Assembly: GCA_964019335.1 (NCBI GenBank)
Contig: OZ025699.1
Coordinates: 372,001 to 436,000, forward strand
DNA: 64,000 nt
Source: Diplonema japonicum
Lineage: Eukaryota > Protista > Euglenozoa: Diplonemea
Reading direction: 5' to 3'
Every line of letters begins with the position of its first letter. Position 1 is the first letter of the stretch. Position numbers and translations under genes: made by a program. This document shows positions 63,728-64,000 of this stretch, piece by piece. The notes below the pieces were generated by a model that saw nothing but the letters and a program-made list of their open reading frames with translations, was not told the origin of the DNA and made no database searches.

Positions 63728-64000
63728 ATGCCTTTCGCAGGGTCCTTGCGCCCTAGGTACTGCCAGAAGAGCAAGCTGAAGGAATATGTTGCGGAGAAGC
63801 GCATCTTACTTCTCATCAACGAGCTAACAGACGAGCTGCTGAAAACCATGCCGAAGGACCCAAGGGCACACCTCACCGCGTACTTGCAACAAGGGACAAT
63901 CCCGAAAGAGCGGAAAGCACAGCGATGCACAGGTGACCTGCTGAAAGAAGAGCTCAGGAGCGCATGGTTGGGTTGCGGAGGGAATCTAGAACTATTCAAA
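63728..64000 (+). CDS. 5' part of a protein with an RIIa/DPY-30-like dimerization-docking domain (runs off the window)
   Basis: MPFAGSLRPRYCQKSKLKEYVAEKRILLLINELTDELLKTMPKDPRAHLTAYL, open to the window end. Pyrimidine tract and CAG just upstream. Absent from the ORF track. Confidence 0.65.
   Translation, partial: MPFAGSLRPRYCQKSKLKEYVAEKRILLLINELTDELLKTMPKDPRAHLTAYLQQGTIPKERKAQRCTGDLLKEELRSAWLGCGGNLELFK

Overview
Eukaryotic, most likely diplonemid (Euglenozoa) nuclear DNA. Evidence: a 38-nt euglenozoan spliced-leader (SL) exon at 1368-1405 (-), genes in one long same-strand cluster (minus, 1-55.7 kb; plus after a 200-N gap), trypanosomatid-type adenylate cyclases, short GT-AG introns, and homopolymer-rich spacers. 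Contents: six intact multi-TM receptor adenylate cyclases with an active plus a degenerate cyclase domain, two pseudo-cyclase receptors, a cyclic-nucleotide-binding K+ channel, a probable RIIa/DPY-30 D/D protein, an ABCA transporter, an FLVCR-like MFS transporter, a RING/RanBP2-ZnF ligase, a triple PIH1-CS protein, UBL-BspA-LRR genes, and many mobile relics. Top findings: (1) a DSYB-like DMSP-synthesis methyltransferase ending in the peroxisomal PTS1 signal AKL; (2) a genomic SL exon fused at its splice junction to a decayed ORF; (3) a LINE-like family whose 3' fragments sit in homopolymers with T-runs on the sense strand; (4) a cyclase family with variable sensors and near-identical catalytic cores. 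Family assignments come from recalled motifs; no searches were run.
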